NCBI GenBank assembly: GCA_016712475.1
Contig: JADJRA010000001.1
Span: 1,413,414 to 1,477,413, forward strand
DNA from: Deltaproteobacteria bacterium
GTDB taxonomy: Bacteria > Myxococcota_A > Polyangia > Nannocystales > Nannocystaceae
Direction of reading: 5' to 3'
DNA: 64,000 nucleotides
Shown here one piece after another: positions 35,170-43,400 of the stretch; the first letter of the stretch is position 1; each line of letters begins with the position of its first letter. The notes beneath the pieces were generated by a model that was given only the letters and a program-made list of their open reading frames with translations, had not been told where the DNA came from and searched no databases. A program made the position numbers and the translations under genes.

Positions 35170-37083
35170 CTACTCTCTTCGCGGACGTCGCAGAGACCAA
35201 CCGAGCGCCAGCCCACCGAGCGCGAGAACGAGGCCCTCACGACCCTCGCCGGGCTGGTTGCACGCGCAGCCGGCCGGCGAGTCCATGTTGATGCTCGGAT
35301 CGCCCGTGCTCGACTCGTCGGCGTCGCCGCCCGAGCTGTCCGACGGCGTGCCGGTCGGATCAGTCGTGGTGCCGCCTTCGCCACCCGACGTGTCGGCGCT
35401 CTCGACGTGCTTGATTTCGACAACGATAGGGTCGCTATACGCGTCGTTTGGGCCGTCGAACACCCTCGCGCCGAAGATGTACGTGCCCTCGGGGATGTTC
35501 GTGACGTCGTAGTCGTACGGCGCCTCGAACAGCTTGAAGTACGGCTTGGGCTGATCGTCGACACCGACCACCTGCACGTAGAGCTCGACCTCGGTCACCA
35601 GGCGATCGTCCATCGCCTCGACGTTGATCGTGAAGTCGCTGCCGGGCTCGAAGATCGCACCGTCCTCCGGGTAGGTGATCGCCGCGGTCGGCGGCGAGAT
35701 GTCGAGCGGCCACGGCTCGGCCGAGCACTCGAGCGAGCCGATGTTGCCATCGGCCATCTCGGGCGAACCGCCGTCGCGGCAGGTCGGCGAGCCGCTGCCA
35801 CCGTCGGGGAACTGCACGTCGATGACCGCGTGGGTGCCGAGCATGTCGACGACGGTGAACGACACGTTGCCGGTCGGGTCGGTGTACGAGTCGCCCGGCT
35901 GCATGAAGTAGCCACCGTCGCTGGCGGCCTCGAGGATGTACGGCGACGGCGAGTAGTCGTAGCTGCTCGACAGGTGCAGGAACACGCCGTCGAGACCAGC
36001 GTCGACGCCGATCGACTGACGGTACTCGAGGTAGTAGAAGCGACCGTCGCCGGAGGCGAACTCGAGCGCCTGGGTGCCGTTGCACGGCAGCTCGGTCGGC
36101 AGCAAGTTGAAGGTGCCGCTGGTCTCGGTGTTGACGACGTTGCAGCCCTCGAGCCAGCCCATGTAGGCCTTCTGCGCCACGTTCATGTGATCGCAGCCGC
36201 CGCCCATCGGGTCGTGCGGATCGCCGTACTCGACGTGCTCGCACTCGCCGTCCATGGTCGGCGCGATCACGCCGGCGGGGCAGTCGTACGAGTGCGAGTG
36301 GCCCATGCCGTAGTTGTGGCCGATCTCCTGCGCACGCACGACGCAGCCGAGGTTGCCGTTGTACCAGCTGTTGCGCGCCGGGGCCTCGACCGAGCCGAGG
36401 GTGGCAAGCCCGCCCCAGCCGCACGGCAGGCTGGGATAGAAGGCCCACATGTACTGCTTGTACTCGTCGGGATCGTGGCCGTGGTCGACGAACGCCTGCA
36501 GGCCGCGATCGGCGATCACGTCGGCGTAGCAGTCACCGGGGTCGTCGATCTGGTAGGGGCCGAACACGTCGCCCGCGATGGTCTCCTTGCCGTAGGAGTT
36601 CTCGCCGTAGAACACGTTGGTCGAGTCGCCGGCGATGAACATGTCCTGGGTGACGGTGCCGTTGTTGGGACCTTGGTTGGCCGGGTTCCAGAACAGCAGC
36701 ACGGTCGCGATGCGACGGTAGGTGTACTTCTCGGGATCGATGAGCGGCTGCGGCGGCAGTGCCAGCACCTCGAGCTCGTCGATCTCGTAGGTCCGCTCGT
36801 CGAGCGGCTCGCCCCACACGCGCACGAAGGTCTCGTAGGCGAGGTCTTGCTCGACCTCGCCGGCGAGCTCGAAGACGCCGTCGGGCGTCTGCACGTGATG
36901 GGTGATGCGCGCAGTGCCGTCGTCCATCGACGCGATCCGCTTCTCGTACTTGCCCTCGATCGACCCGGCCGTGATGATGCCCGAGCGCGACAGCAGCTCG
37001 TCGCCGGGGCTGTCGCCTTGCTGGCATGCGGGCAGGACCAGGGCCGTGAGGGACAGTGCAGGGAGCAGGCGGCGAAGGGACAT
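35170..37083 (-). CDS. Secreted zinc metalloprotease lipoprotein (HxxGxxH-type zincin) with a C-terminal MYXO-CTERM-like sorting tail
   Basis: ATG at 37083 with a gggaggg RBS; MSLRRLLPALSLTALVLPAC lipobox; AQEIGHNYGMGHSHS metal-binding motif; the C-terminus ...SPAGCACNQPGEGREGLVLALGGLALGWSLRRPRRE has the Cys, hydrophobic segment and Arg-rich tail typical of MYXO-CTERM. The 142 Arg/Ala-rich residues upstream in the ORF are rejected. Confidence 0.65.
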   Translation of the reverse strand: MSLRRLLPALSLTALVLPACQQGDSPGDELLSRSGIITAGSIEGKYEKRIASMDDGTARITHHVQTPDGVFELAGEVEQDLAYETFVRVWGEPLDERTYEIDELEVLALPPQPLIDPEKYTYRRIATVLLFWNPANQGPNNGTVTQDMFIAGDSTNVFYGENSYGKETIAGDVFGPYQIDDPGDCYADVIADRGLQAFVDHGHDPDEYKQYMWAFYPSLPCGWGGLATLGSVEAPARNSWYNGNLGCVVRAQEIGHNYGMGHSHSYDCPAGVIAPTMDGECEHVEYGDPHDPMGGGCDHMNVAQKAYMGWLEGCNVVNTETSGTFNLLPTELPCNGTQALEFASGDGRFYYLEYRQSIGVDAGLDGVFLHLSSSYDYSPSPYILEAASDGGYFMQPGDSYTDPTGNVSFTVVDMLGTHAVIDVQFPDGGSGSPTCRDGGSPEMADGNIGSLECSAEPWPLDISPPTAAITYPEDGAIFEPGSDFTINVEAMDDRLVTEVELYVQVVGVDDQPKPYFKLFEAPYDYDVTNIPEGTYIFGARVFDGPNDAYSDPIVVEIKHVESADTSGGEGGTTTDPTGTPSDSSGGDADESSTGDPSINMDSPAGCACNQPGEGREGLVLALGGLALGWSLRRPRRE

Positions 37084-37475
37084 GCTCCCTCCCCATATCA
37101 TCCTTTGCGGGCGCTCGCAGCGGCTTTGGGCGGGCGTGGCGAGGACAGGCTTTGTCGCCGCGCGCAAGCGGGTCCGCGCGTGGGTGCACGCACGATCGAG
37201 CGTCCGGAGAGCGCACGCCTCGTCGTCGGACCCGAGCGTCGCGGACCGACGGCGCGCGCCTGCATGCCGTGCGACAGCACACGATTGCCGCACGCGCGAG
37301 CCCGACCCACGCGTGCCGTGCTCGCGCCCGCCGATGCTGTGCGCTGCGGTCTCGCGGCTCCACGCGTGTGAGCCGATCGCGACGATCACACGCGCAGCCG
37401 TGCGGCTCCACACTCGCGACGTGACACGCGCGATGTCTTCGCGCGCGAGGTTCCTTGCTAGCTTCTTCGACGACG

Positions 37476-39161
37476 ATGCACGACGTTGCCAAAGGTGCAG
37501 TGCTCGCACCTGTAGAGTTCGAAGTCGAGCCCAGCCACTACCACCACTGGAAGGTCAGCTACGACGGTGCGATCGCACGCGTGGCGATGGCCGTCGATCC
37601 GGCGGCGCCACTTCGCGACGGCTACGAGCTGAAGCTCAACTCGTACGACCTCGGCGTCGACATCGAGCTGGCCGACATCGTGCGTCGCATGCGATTCGAG
37701 CACCCCGAGGTGCGCGCGGTGGTGCTGACCTCGGGTAACGACCGGGTGTTCTGCGCCGGTGCCAACATCAACATGCTCGGGCTCTCGAGCCACGCGTGGA
37801 AGGTGAACTTCTGCAAGTTCACCAACGAGACCCGCTGCGAGATCGAGGATGCGACCGACGCGAGCGCGCAGGTGTGGCTGGCCGCATGCAACGGCACCAC
37901 CGCCGGCGGCGGCTACGAGCTCGCGCTGGCCTGCAACGAGATCTATCTGCAGGATGACGGCAACTCGGCGGTCAGCCTGCCGGAGGTGCCGCTGCTGGGC
38001 GTGCTGCCCGGCACCGGCGGACTCACGCGGCTGGTCGACAAGCGCAAGGTCCGTCGCGACCGCGCCGACGTGTTCTCGACCACCGCCGAGGGCGTGCGCG
38101 GCAAGAAGGCCGTGCAGTGGAACCTGGTCGACGCGGTGTTCCCCCGCTCCAAGTTCGACGAGAAGGTGCTCGAGCGCGCCAAGGCCGTCGCCGACAAGGC
38201 CGCGGTCGGGCTCGCGCCGGGCGAGCGCAAGGGCGTCGCGCTCGGCAAGCTCGCACCCGAGATCACCGACAACGGCCGCCGCTATCGCCACGTCGCGCTC
38301 GAGTGGGACGACACCACCCGCGTGGCCAAGCTGACCGTCGCAGGCCCCACCGCCGACGACGTCGCGGTGGTCGAGCGCGGCGGCGAGGCCATGCGCACGG
38401 CCGGCAGCGATCTGTGGTCGCTGCGTGCGTGGCGGGAGCTCGACGACGCGCTGCTGCACCTGCGCGTCAATCACATGCAGGTCGGGCTGGTGATCGTGCG
38501 GACCACCGGCGACCTGCAGCAGACGCTCGCCCACGACGCCGCGCTGGTGAAGGCACGCGAGCACTGGTTTGCGCGCGAGGTGCTGCTGCACATGGGCCGC
38601 GTGCTGCGGCGCTTCGACAACACCAGCCGCTCGTTCTTCGCGTTCGGCGACGCCGGCACCTGCTTCGCCGGCTGTCTGCTCGAGCTCGCGCTGGCCTCCG
38701 ATCGCTTCTACATGCTCGAAGACGAGGACCACCCGGTGCACGTCGCGGTCTCGGAGCTCGAGGAGGGCGCGCTGCCGATGCACACCGGCCTCACGCGGCT
38801 GCAGACGCGCTTGCTAGGCACGCCTGCGCAGCTCGAGGAGCTGGTCGGCAACCGCAGTCCGCTCGACGCCGAGGCGGCCGACGACGCGGGCCTGGTGACC
38901 GTGCGACTCGACGGCATCGACTGGGACGACGACACCCGCATCGCCATCGAAGAGCGCGCGAGTTTGTCGCCCGACGCGCTCACCGGCATGGAACAGAACC
39001 TTCGATTCCCCGGTCCCGAGACGCCCGACAGCAAGATCTACGCGCGCCTCACCGCGTGGCAGAACTGGATCTTCATCCGTCCCAACGCGACCGGCCCGGC
39101 CGGCGCACTCACCCTCTACGGGCGCCCGGAACGGCCCCAATTCGACTGGCAGCGCGTGTAG
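37476..39161 (+). CDS. boxC: Benzoyl-CoA-dihydrodiol lyase / 2,3-epoxybenzoyl-CoA dihydrolase (crotonase superfamily, double domain)
   Basis: About 560 aa, the characteristic BoxC length; N-terminal enoyl-CoA hydratase-like VVLTSGNDRVFCAGANINML; located directly upstream of boxB. Start taken at the ATG at 37476 (the ORF opens at a TTG at 37455). Confidence 0.7.
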   Translation: MHDVAKGAVLAPVEFEVEPSHYHHWKVSYDGAIARVAMAVDPAAPLRDGYELKLNSYDLGVDIELADIVRRMRFEHPEVRAVVLTSGNDRVFCAGANINMLGLSSHAWKVNFCKFTNETRCEIEDATDASAQVWLAACNGTTAGGGYELALACNEIYLQDDGNSAVSLPEVPLLGVLPGTGGLTRLVDKRKVRRDRADVFSTTAEGVRGKKAVQWNLVDAVFPRSKFDEKVLERAKAVADKAAVGLAPGERKGVALGKLAPEITDNGRRYRHVALEWDDTTRVAKLTVAGPTADDVAVVERGGEAMRTAGSDLWSLRAWRELDDALLHLRVNHMQVGLVIVRTTGDLQQTLAHDAALVKAREHWFAREVLLHMGRVLRRFDNTSRSFFAFGDAGTCFAGCLLELALASDRFYMLEDEDHPVHVAVSELEEGALPMHTGLTRLQTRLLGTPAQLEELVGNRSPLDAEAADDAGLVTVRLDGIDWDDDTRIAIEERASLSPDALTGMEQNLRFPGPETPDSKIYARLTAWQNWIFIRPNATGPAGALTLYGRPERPQFDWQRV

Positions 39162-39218
39162 TCGACCCACGGTCGGACCACACCAAGTGCACGCTCACAA
39201 GGAAGAGACCCGCACACC

Positions 39219-40640
39219 ATGACGACTCCGAATGTCGATCTCGATGGCAAGATCCCCAACAACGTGGGGCTCGCCGACGATGTGAAGCTCCGCCGCGCGC
39301 TCGAGACCTGGCTGCCGCAGTACCTCGAGTGGTGGAACGACATGGGCCCCAGCGACTTCGCCGACAAGCCGGTGTTCCTGCGCACCGCCGTGTCGGTCGA
39401 GCCCGGCGGCTGGGCGCACTACGACTACGTGAAGATGCCCGACTACCGGTGGGGCATCTTCCTCGACCCGAGCCCCGAGGCCGCGCTCATCAAGTGCGGC
39501 GACGACACCGGCAAGCCCGCATGGGCCGACGTGCCGGGCGAGCACCGCAACACCCTGCGCCGCATCATCGTCACGCAGGCCGACACCGAGCCGGCCAGCG
39601 TCGAGCAGCAGCGCATGCTCGGGCACATCGCACCCAGCCTCTACGACCTGCGCAACCTGTTCCAGGTCAACGTCGAGGAGGGCCGTCACCTGTGGGCGAT
39701 GGTCTACCTACTGCACAAGTTCTTCGGCCGCGACGGTCGCGACGAGGCCGACGAGCTGCTGCTGCGGCGCTCGGGCAACCCCGACAAGCCGCGCATCTTG
39801 GGCGCGTTCAACCAGCCCTGCGACCACTGGCTGTCGTTCTTCGCGTTCACGATGTTCACCGACCGCGACGGCAAGTACCAGCTCGCGGCGCTCTCGGAGA
39901 GCGGCTTCGATCCGCTCGCCCGCACCACGCAGTTCATGCTCACCGAGGAGGCCCACCACCTCTTCGTCGGTGAGACCGGCATGGACCGCATCGTGAAGCG
40001 CTCGGCCGAGCTGCAGAAGCTCGACAAGAACGGCGACGTCCGCAACCAGGGCGGCATCGACTTCGACCTCATCCAGCGCACGATCAACTACTGGTACACG
40101 TACAGCCTCGACCTGTTCGGCGGCGAGATCTCGAGCAACGCCTCGACCTTCTTCGCCACCGGCTTGAAGGGTCGCTACCGCGAGGACCAGTACTCCGATC
40201 ACCGCGCCATCGACGGCAGCTACCGCATGCCGGTGGTCGAAAGCGGCAAGCTCATCGAGCAGGACGTGCCGGTGCGCAACGCGATGAACGAGGTCTTGCG
40301 CGACGCCTACGTCGCCGATTGCGAGCGAGCGCTGCGCAAGTGGAACAAGACCCTCGAGGCCGCCGGCTCGCCCACGCGCCTGTCGCTGCCCAGCCGTCGC
40401 TTCCACCGTCACCAGGGCATCTACGCCGAGAGCAGCTTCGATCCCGCGGGCAACCTCATCAGCCGCGAGGAGTACGAGGCCAACAAGCACAAGTGGATCC
40501 TGGTGCCCGAGGACAACGCGTACCTCTTGTCGATCATGAAGCCCTGCTACGAGCCGGGGAAGTTCGCCAACTGGATCGCCGCGCCGAACAAGGGCATCGA
40601 GGGCAAGCCGGTCGAGTTCGAGTACGTCCGCCTCGACTAG
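39219..40640 (+). CDS. boxB: Benzoyl-CoA 2,3-epoxidase (benzoyl-CoA oxygenase) component B, diiron enzyme
   Basis: 473 aa (the BoxB length); N-terminus MTTPNVDLDGKIPNNVGLADDVKLRRALETWLPQYLEWWNDMGP resembles characterised BoxB proteins; conserved ...LTEEAHHLFVGETG... diiron-ligand region. Confidence 0.75.
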   Translation: MTTPNVDLDGKIPNNVGLADDVKLRRALETWLPQYLEWWNDMGPSDFADKPVFLRTAVSVEPGGWAHYDYVKMPDYRWGIFLDPSPEAALIKCGDDTGKPAWADVPGEHRNTLRRIIVTQADTEPASVEQQRMLGHIAPSLYDLRNLFQVNVEEGRHLWAMVYLLHKFFGRDGRDEADELLLRRSGNPDKPRILGAFNQPCDHWLSFFAFTMFTDRDGKYQLAALSESGFDPLARTTQFMLTEEAHHLFVGETGMDRIVKRSAELQKLDKNGDVRNQGGIDFDLIQRTINYWYTYSLDLFGGEISSNASTFFATGLKGRYREDQYSDHRAIDGSYRMPVVESGKLIEQDVPVRNAMNEVLRDAYVADCERALRKWNKTLEAAGSPTRLSLPSRRFHRHQGIYAESSFDPAGNLISREEYEANKHKWILVPEDNAYLLSIMKPCYEPGKFANWIAAPNKGIEGKPVEFEYVRLD

Positions 40641-40851
40641 CGCCACCTCCCCGGCGCGCCGCCGCGCAGACACCCCGCCGGTCGCCGCTCGCGACCCGCG
40701 GGGTGTTTCGTTTCATGAGGTTCGGCGCGCGCGGTTGCACGCGCCCGAGGGGTTCGCCGCGTCATGCCTGGTGGCGCAAGCTCCCACCGAACTTCGGGTC
40801 GGCCCGCACGAGCGCGACGCCGCGCGCGAAACCGTGGCATTCCAGTTCGCA

Positions 40852-42276
40852 ATGACTTCACGCCACGCGTTCTCCTTGGGTTTGCTCAGCTTCGTCGTCG
40901 TTGCCTGCGGCGGTGACGACGGCACCACCACCACGACCAACGCCGGCTCGGACAGCAGCAGCGGCAGCGCCGACTCGAGCAGCGGCAGCGTCACGATGAC
41001 GAGCACGACGGTGGCCGACTCGAGCACCAGCGACTCGACCACGATGACGTCGACCACCGCTGCCACCACCGGTGACGAGTCGAGCTCCGGCGGCTCCGAG
41101 TCGGGCGGTTCGAGCTCGGGTGGCTCGGACTCGTCGGGCGGCTCGAGCTCCGGCGGCTCCGAGTCGAGCTCGGGTGGCGCAGTGCTCGATGCCGACGGCG
41201 ACACCATCCTCGACGACACCGACAACTGCGTCGTGATCTTCAACCCCGATCAGAGCGACATCGATCTCGACGGCGTCGGCGACTTCTGCGACGACGAGAT
41301 GATCGACGACGGAGTCACGCTGTACATCCCCGTCGATGCGGTCGTCGATCTCGGCGGGCTGCTCTGCTACGAGCAGGTGCAGATCAACGGCACGCTGCAT
41401 GTGCTCGAGATGGCCGACGGCGGCGTTGGCACGCTGGTGATCGTCGCGGACCGCGTGGCGCTGGCCGACGGTGGCGTGATCGATGCCGAAGGTGCCGGTC
41501 CGGTCGGTGGTCAACCCAGCCAAGGCGTGACGCTGGGCGGCTTCGTGGGCGACGGCGTCGGTGGCTCGTGCGGCGGTGGGCCCGGCAACTCGGTGGGTCA
41601 GGGCGGCACCGGCGGAACCTACGGTGGCATCGGCGGGGCGCCGGGCGACACGTATGCCGTGGGCAACGCCTGTGATCTCTGCAGCGAGGCGACGATTGCC
41701 CACTGCGAGGGCGCGGCGGGATCGATCTACGACAGCGATGACGGCATCGACGTCAGCGTCGGCTCCGGCGGCGGCGCGGGCGGCAACTCGGCGGGTTGCA
41801 GCGGCGCCGGTGGCCGTGGTGGCAATGGCGGCGGCGGCGTGGCGATCGTGGCCAACGAGTGGGCGCACATCGACGGCGTCGTGCTCGTCGGCGGCGAGAC
41901 CCCACCTGGCGACGAGAGCCCGTGTGGCTATCGCCCCGGTGGTGGCGGTGGCTCGGGCGGCGGCTTGCTGATCGCTGCGCCCGAGATCGCCGGTGCGGCC
42001 AGCGGCGTCCTCAATGCCCACGGTGGCAACGGCGGCGACAGCCCCGGTGACGTCGGCGCCACGTGGGGCTGGGGTGGCGGTGGCGGAGGCGGCGGGCGCG
42101 TGAAGCTGTTCGCCGACACCAACACCTTCGCCGGCGTGATCGACGTGGGTGGCGGCGCGGGTGGCGAAGCACCCGGCGACTCCAACAGTGCCGTGGGGCT
42201 GCCCGGTGACGACGGCGTCGCCGGTGGCGACAGCTCGGTGCCGCCCGAGTTCATGGGCTTGGTCTGCCCCGCCTAG
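40852..42276 (+). CDS. Secreted lipoprotein with an S/G/T-rich linker, thrombospondin type 3-like Ca-binding repeats and a Gly-rich beta-helix-like domain
   Basis: ATG at 40852 gives MTSRHAFSLGLLSFVVVACGG lipobox; DADGDTILDDTDNCVVIFNPDQSDIDLDGVGDFCDDE fits the TSP3 pattern (DxDxDGxxDxxDNC..NPDQxDxDxDGxGDxCD); downstream GGxGxxG-rich segment. Confidence 0.6.
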   Translation: MTSRHAFSLGLLSFVVVACGGDDGTTTTTNAGSDSSSGSADSSSGSVTMTSTTVADSSTSDSTTMTSTTAATTGDESSSGGSESGGSSSGGSDSSGGSSSGGSESSSGGAVLDADGDTILDDTDNCVVIFNPDQSDIDLDGVGDFCDDEMIDDGVTLYIPVDAVVDLGGLLCYEQVQINGTLHVLEMADGGVGTLVIVADRVALADGGVIDAEGAGPVGGQPSQGVTLGGFVGDGVGGSCGGGPGNSVGQGGTGGTYGGIGGAPGDTYAVGNACDLCSEATIAHCEGAAGSIYDSDDGIDVSVGSGGGAGGNSAGCSGAGGRGGNGGGGVAIVANEWAHIDGVVLVGGETPPGDESPCGYRPGGGGGSGGGLLIAAPEIAGAASGVLNAHGGNGGDSPGDVGATWGWGGGGGGGGRVKLFADTNTFAGVIDVGGGAGGEAPGDSNSAVGLPGDDGVAGGDSSVPPEFMGLVCPA

Positions 42277-42338
42277 CTCGTCGTCGTCGACGGGGCGCCG
42301 CGTCCATCGACGGGGCGCTCCGCAGCGTGGACGCCCTG

Positions 42339-42426
42339 CGCCCGAGCGCTACTTCACCCGCGCCCGAGCGCTACTTCACCCGCGCCCGAGCGCTACTTCA
42401 CCCGCGCCCGAGCGCTACTTCAGCTG
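42339..42426. repeat. 22-bp tandem repeat (cgcccgagcgctacttcacccg, about 4 copies) in the convergent region between the TSP3 lipoprotein and bfr; the last copy overlaps the bfr stop codon
   Basis: Read directly at 42330-42430; the final copy diverges to ...ctacttcagctg, which is the reverse complement of the bfr C-terminal codons plus stop. Confidence 0.6.
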
Positions 42427-42882
42427 CTGCGCGAGGTAGTGCTTGGTGCCGATCTGTTCGATCAGCTGCAGCTGGGTCTCGAGCCAGTCGACGTGGGTCT
42501 CCTCCGACGCCAGCATCGTCTCGAGCAGATCGGCGCTGGTGATGTCGCCCTCTTCGCGGCACAGCTTCACGCCCTTGCGGAAGCGATCGACGGCGTCGTA
42601 CTCCATCTTGAGATCGAGCTCGAGCTGCTCCTGCACCGTCTCGCCGACGGTGATCTTGTGATAGCGCTGCACGTTCGGCACGCCCTCGAGGAAGAGGATG
42701 CGCTCGATGAGCGCGTCGGCGTGCTTCATCTCGTCGATGGACTCGGCGCGGATGTGGCTCGCCAGGACGTTGAAGCCCCAGTTCTGGCACATCTTGGCGT
42801 GGATGAAGTACTGGTTCACCGCCGTCAGCTCGGCGGTCAGCACTTCGTTGAGGACGTCGATGACGTTGGCGGAGCCCTTCAC
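42415..42882 (-). CDS. bfr: Bacterioferritin
   Basis: 155 aa MKGSANVIDVLNEVLTAELTAVNQYFIHAKMCQNWGF...EMKHADALIERILFLEG...EETHVDWLETQLQLI with ferroxidase-centre Glu/His ligands and a heme-binding Met in conserved positions. Confidence 0.85.
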   Translation of the reverse strand: MKGSANVIDVLNEVLTAELTAVNQYFIHAKMCQNWGFNVLASHIRAESIDEMKHADALIERILFLEGVPNVQRYHKITVGETVQEQLELDLKMEYDAVDRFRKGVKLCREEGDITSADLLETMLASEETHVDWLETQLQLIEQIGTKHYLAQQLK

Positions 42883-42994
42883 GGCCGCGAACGTAGCACG
42901 CGCGCGCAGTGGCTGACGATCGGGCGCGGGCGCATGCCCCTTCGCGGCAATCGAGAACGAAAGTCGAAGTCGCTCCCGGCCGAGCGCGCGTCGT

Positions 42995-43195
42995 TCAACG
43001 CTTGAGCGGAACGTCGCTCTGACCGCGTGCGGTGCCGGCGGACCCTTGGATCAGCTCGCGGATCTGCTGCACGCACGCGCCACACCCCGTGCCCGCCTGA
43101 CACGCGGTGGCGATGCCCTTCACCGTGCAGTTGCCACGGCGGATCTCCGCTTGGATGGTGCGGCTCGAGACCGCCTTGCACAGGCACACGATCAT
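42995..43195 (-). CDS. bfd: Bacterioferritin-associated ferredoxin (BFD-like [2Fe-2S] protein)
   Basis: ATG at 43195; MIVCLCKAVSSRTIQAEIRRGNCTVKGIATACQAGTGCGACV contains the 4-Cys BFD motif (C-x-C ... C-x2-C); 66 aa; 112 nt upstream of bfr on the same strand. Confidence 0.7.
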   Translation of the reverse strand: MIVCLCKAVSSRTIQAEIRRGNCTVKGIATACQAGTGCGACVQQIRELIQGSAGTARGQSDVPLKR

Positions 43196-43240
43196 GATCG
43201 CGAATCCGGGTCGAAGCAGCGGCCGCGAGGCCGGGCGGTC

Positions 43241-43257
43241 TTGAAAGTGATTTTCAA
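43241..43257. promoter_or_regulatory. AT-rich 17-bp palindrome TTGAAAGTGATTTTCAA about 45-60 nt upstream of bfd; candidate iron-responsive (Fur-type) operator overlapping the promoter
   Basis: Perfect inverted repeat TTGAAA-N5-TTTCAA in a locally AT-rich patch (followed by cactcaatatgtaac) within a 70% GC genome, immediately 5' of an iron-storage operon; coordinates approximate. Confidence 0.4.
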
Positions 43258-43400
43258 AACCACTCAATATGTAACGCGAGGGCCCGCGCGGCGCAAGCCG
43301 ATCGATGTGGATCGATGGGCTCGAACCTGCGGGCCCGCCGTGAGGCTGCCCCCGACCCCGGCCAGCTGCCCGGCCGGGGGCTCCCCGAGGGCCGCGCGGC

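Noticed and set aside
34691-35512. 273-aa plus-strand ORF and 75-aa minus-strand ORF (34889..35116) between IS3 and the metalloprotease gene
   Set aside because: Both frames look partly protein-like (possible transposase remnant) but neither has a convincing start, motifs or length; left unannotated, mentioned under the IS3 finding
35407-37509. 654-aa plus-strand ORF, 337-aa and 319-aa minus-strand ORFs, and the 5' extension of the metalloprotease ORF to 37509
   Set aside because: Antisense or alternative frames; the protease frame has an RBS-preceded ATG at 37083 giving a lipobox
37458-40673. 441-aa (-), 618-aa (+ 38117..39973), 321-aa (-) ORFs overlapping boxC and boxB
   Set aside because: Arg/Gly/Ala/His-rich alternative frames of two well-conserved enzymes
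40858-42254. 387-aa minus-strand ORF and short ORFs opposite the TSP3 lipoprotein gene
   Set aside because: Antisense of a Gly-rich gene (yields Ala/Arg-rich junk)
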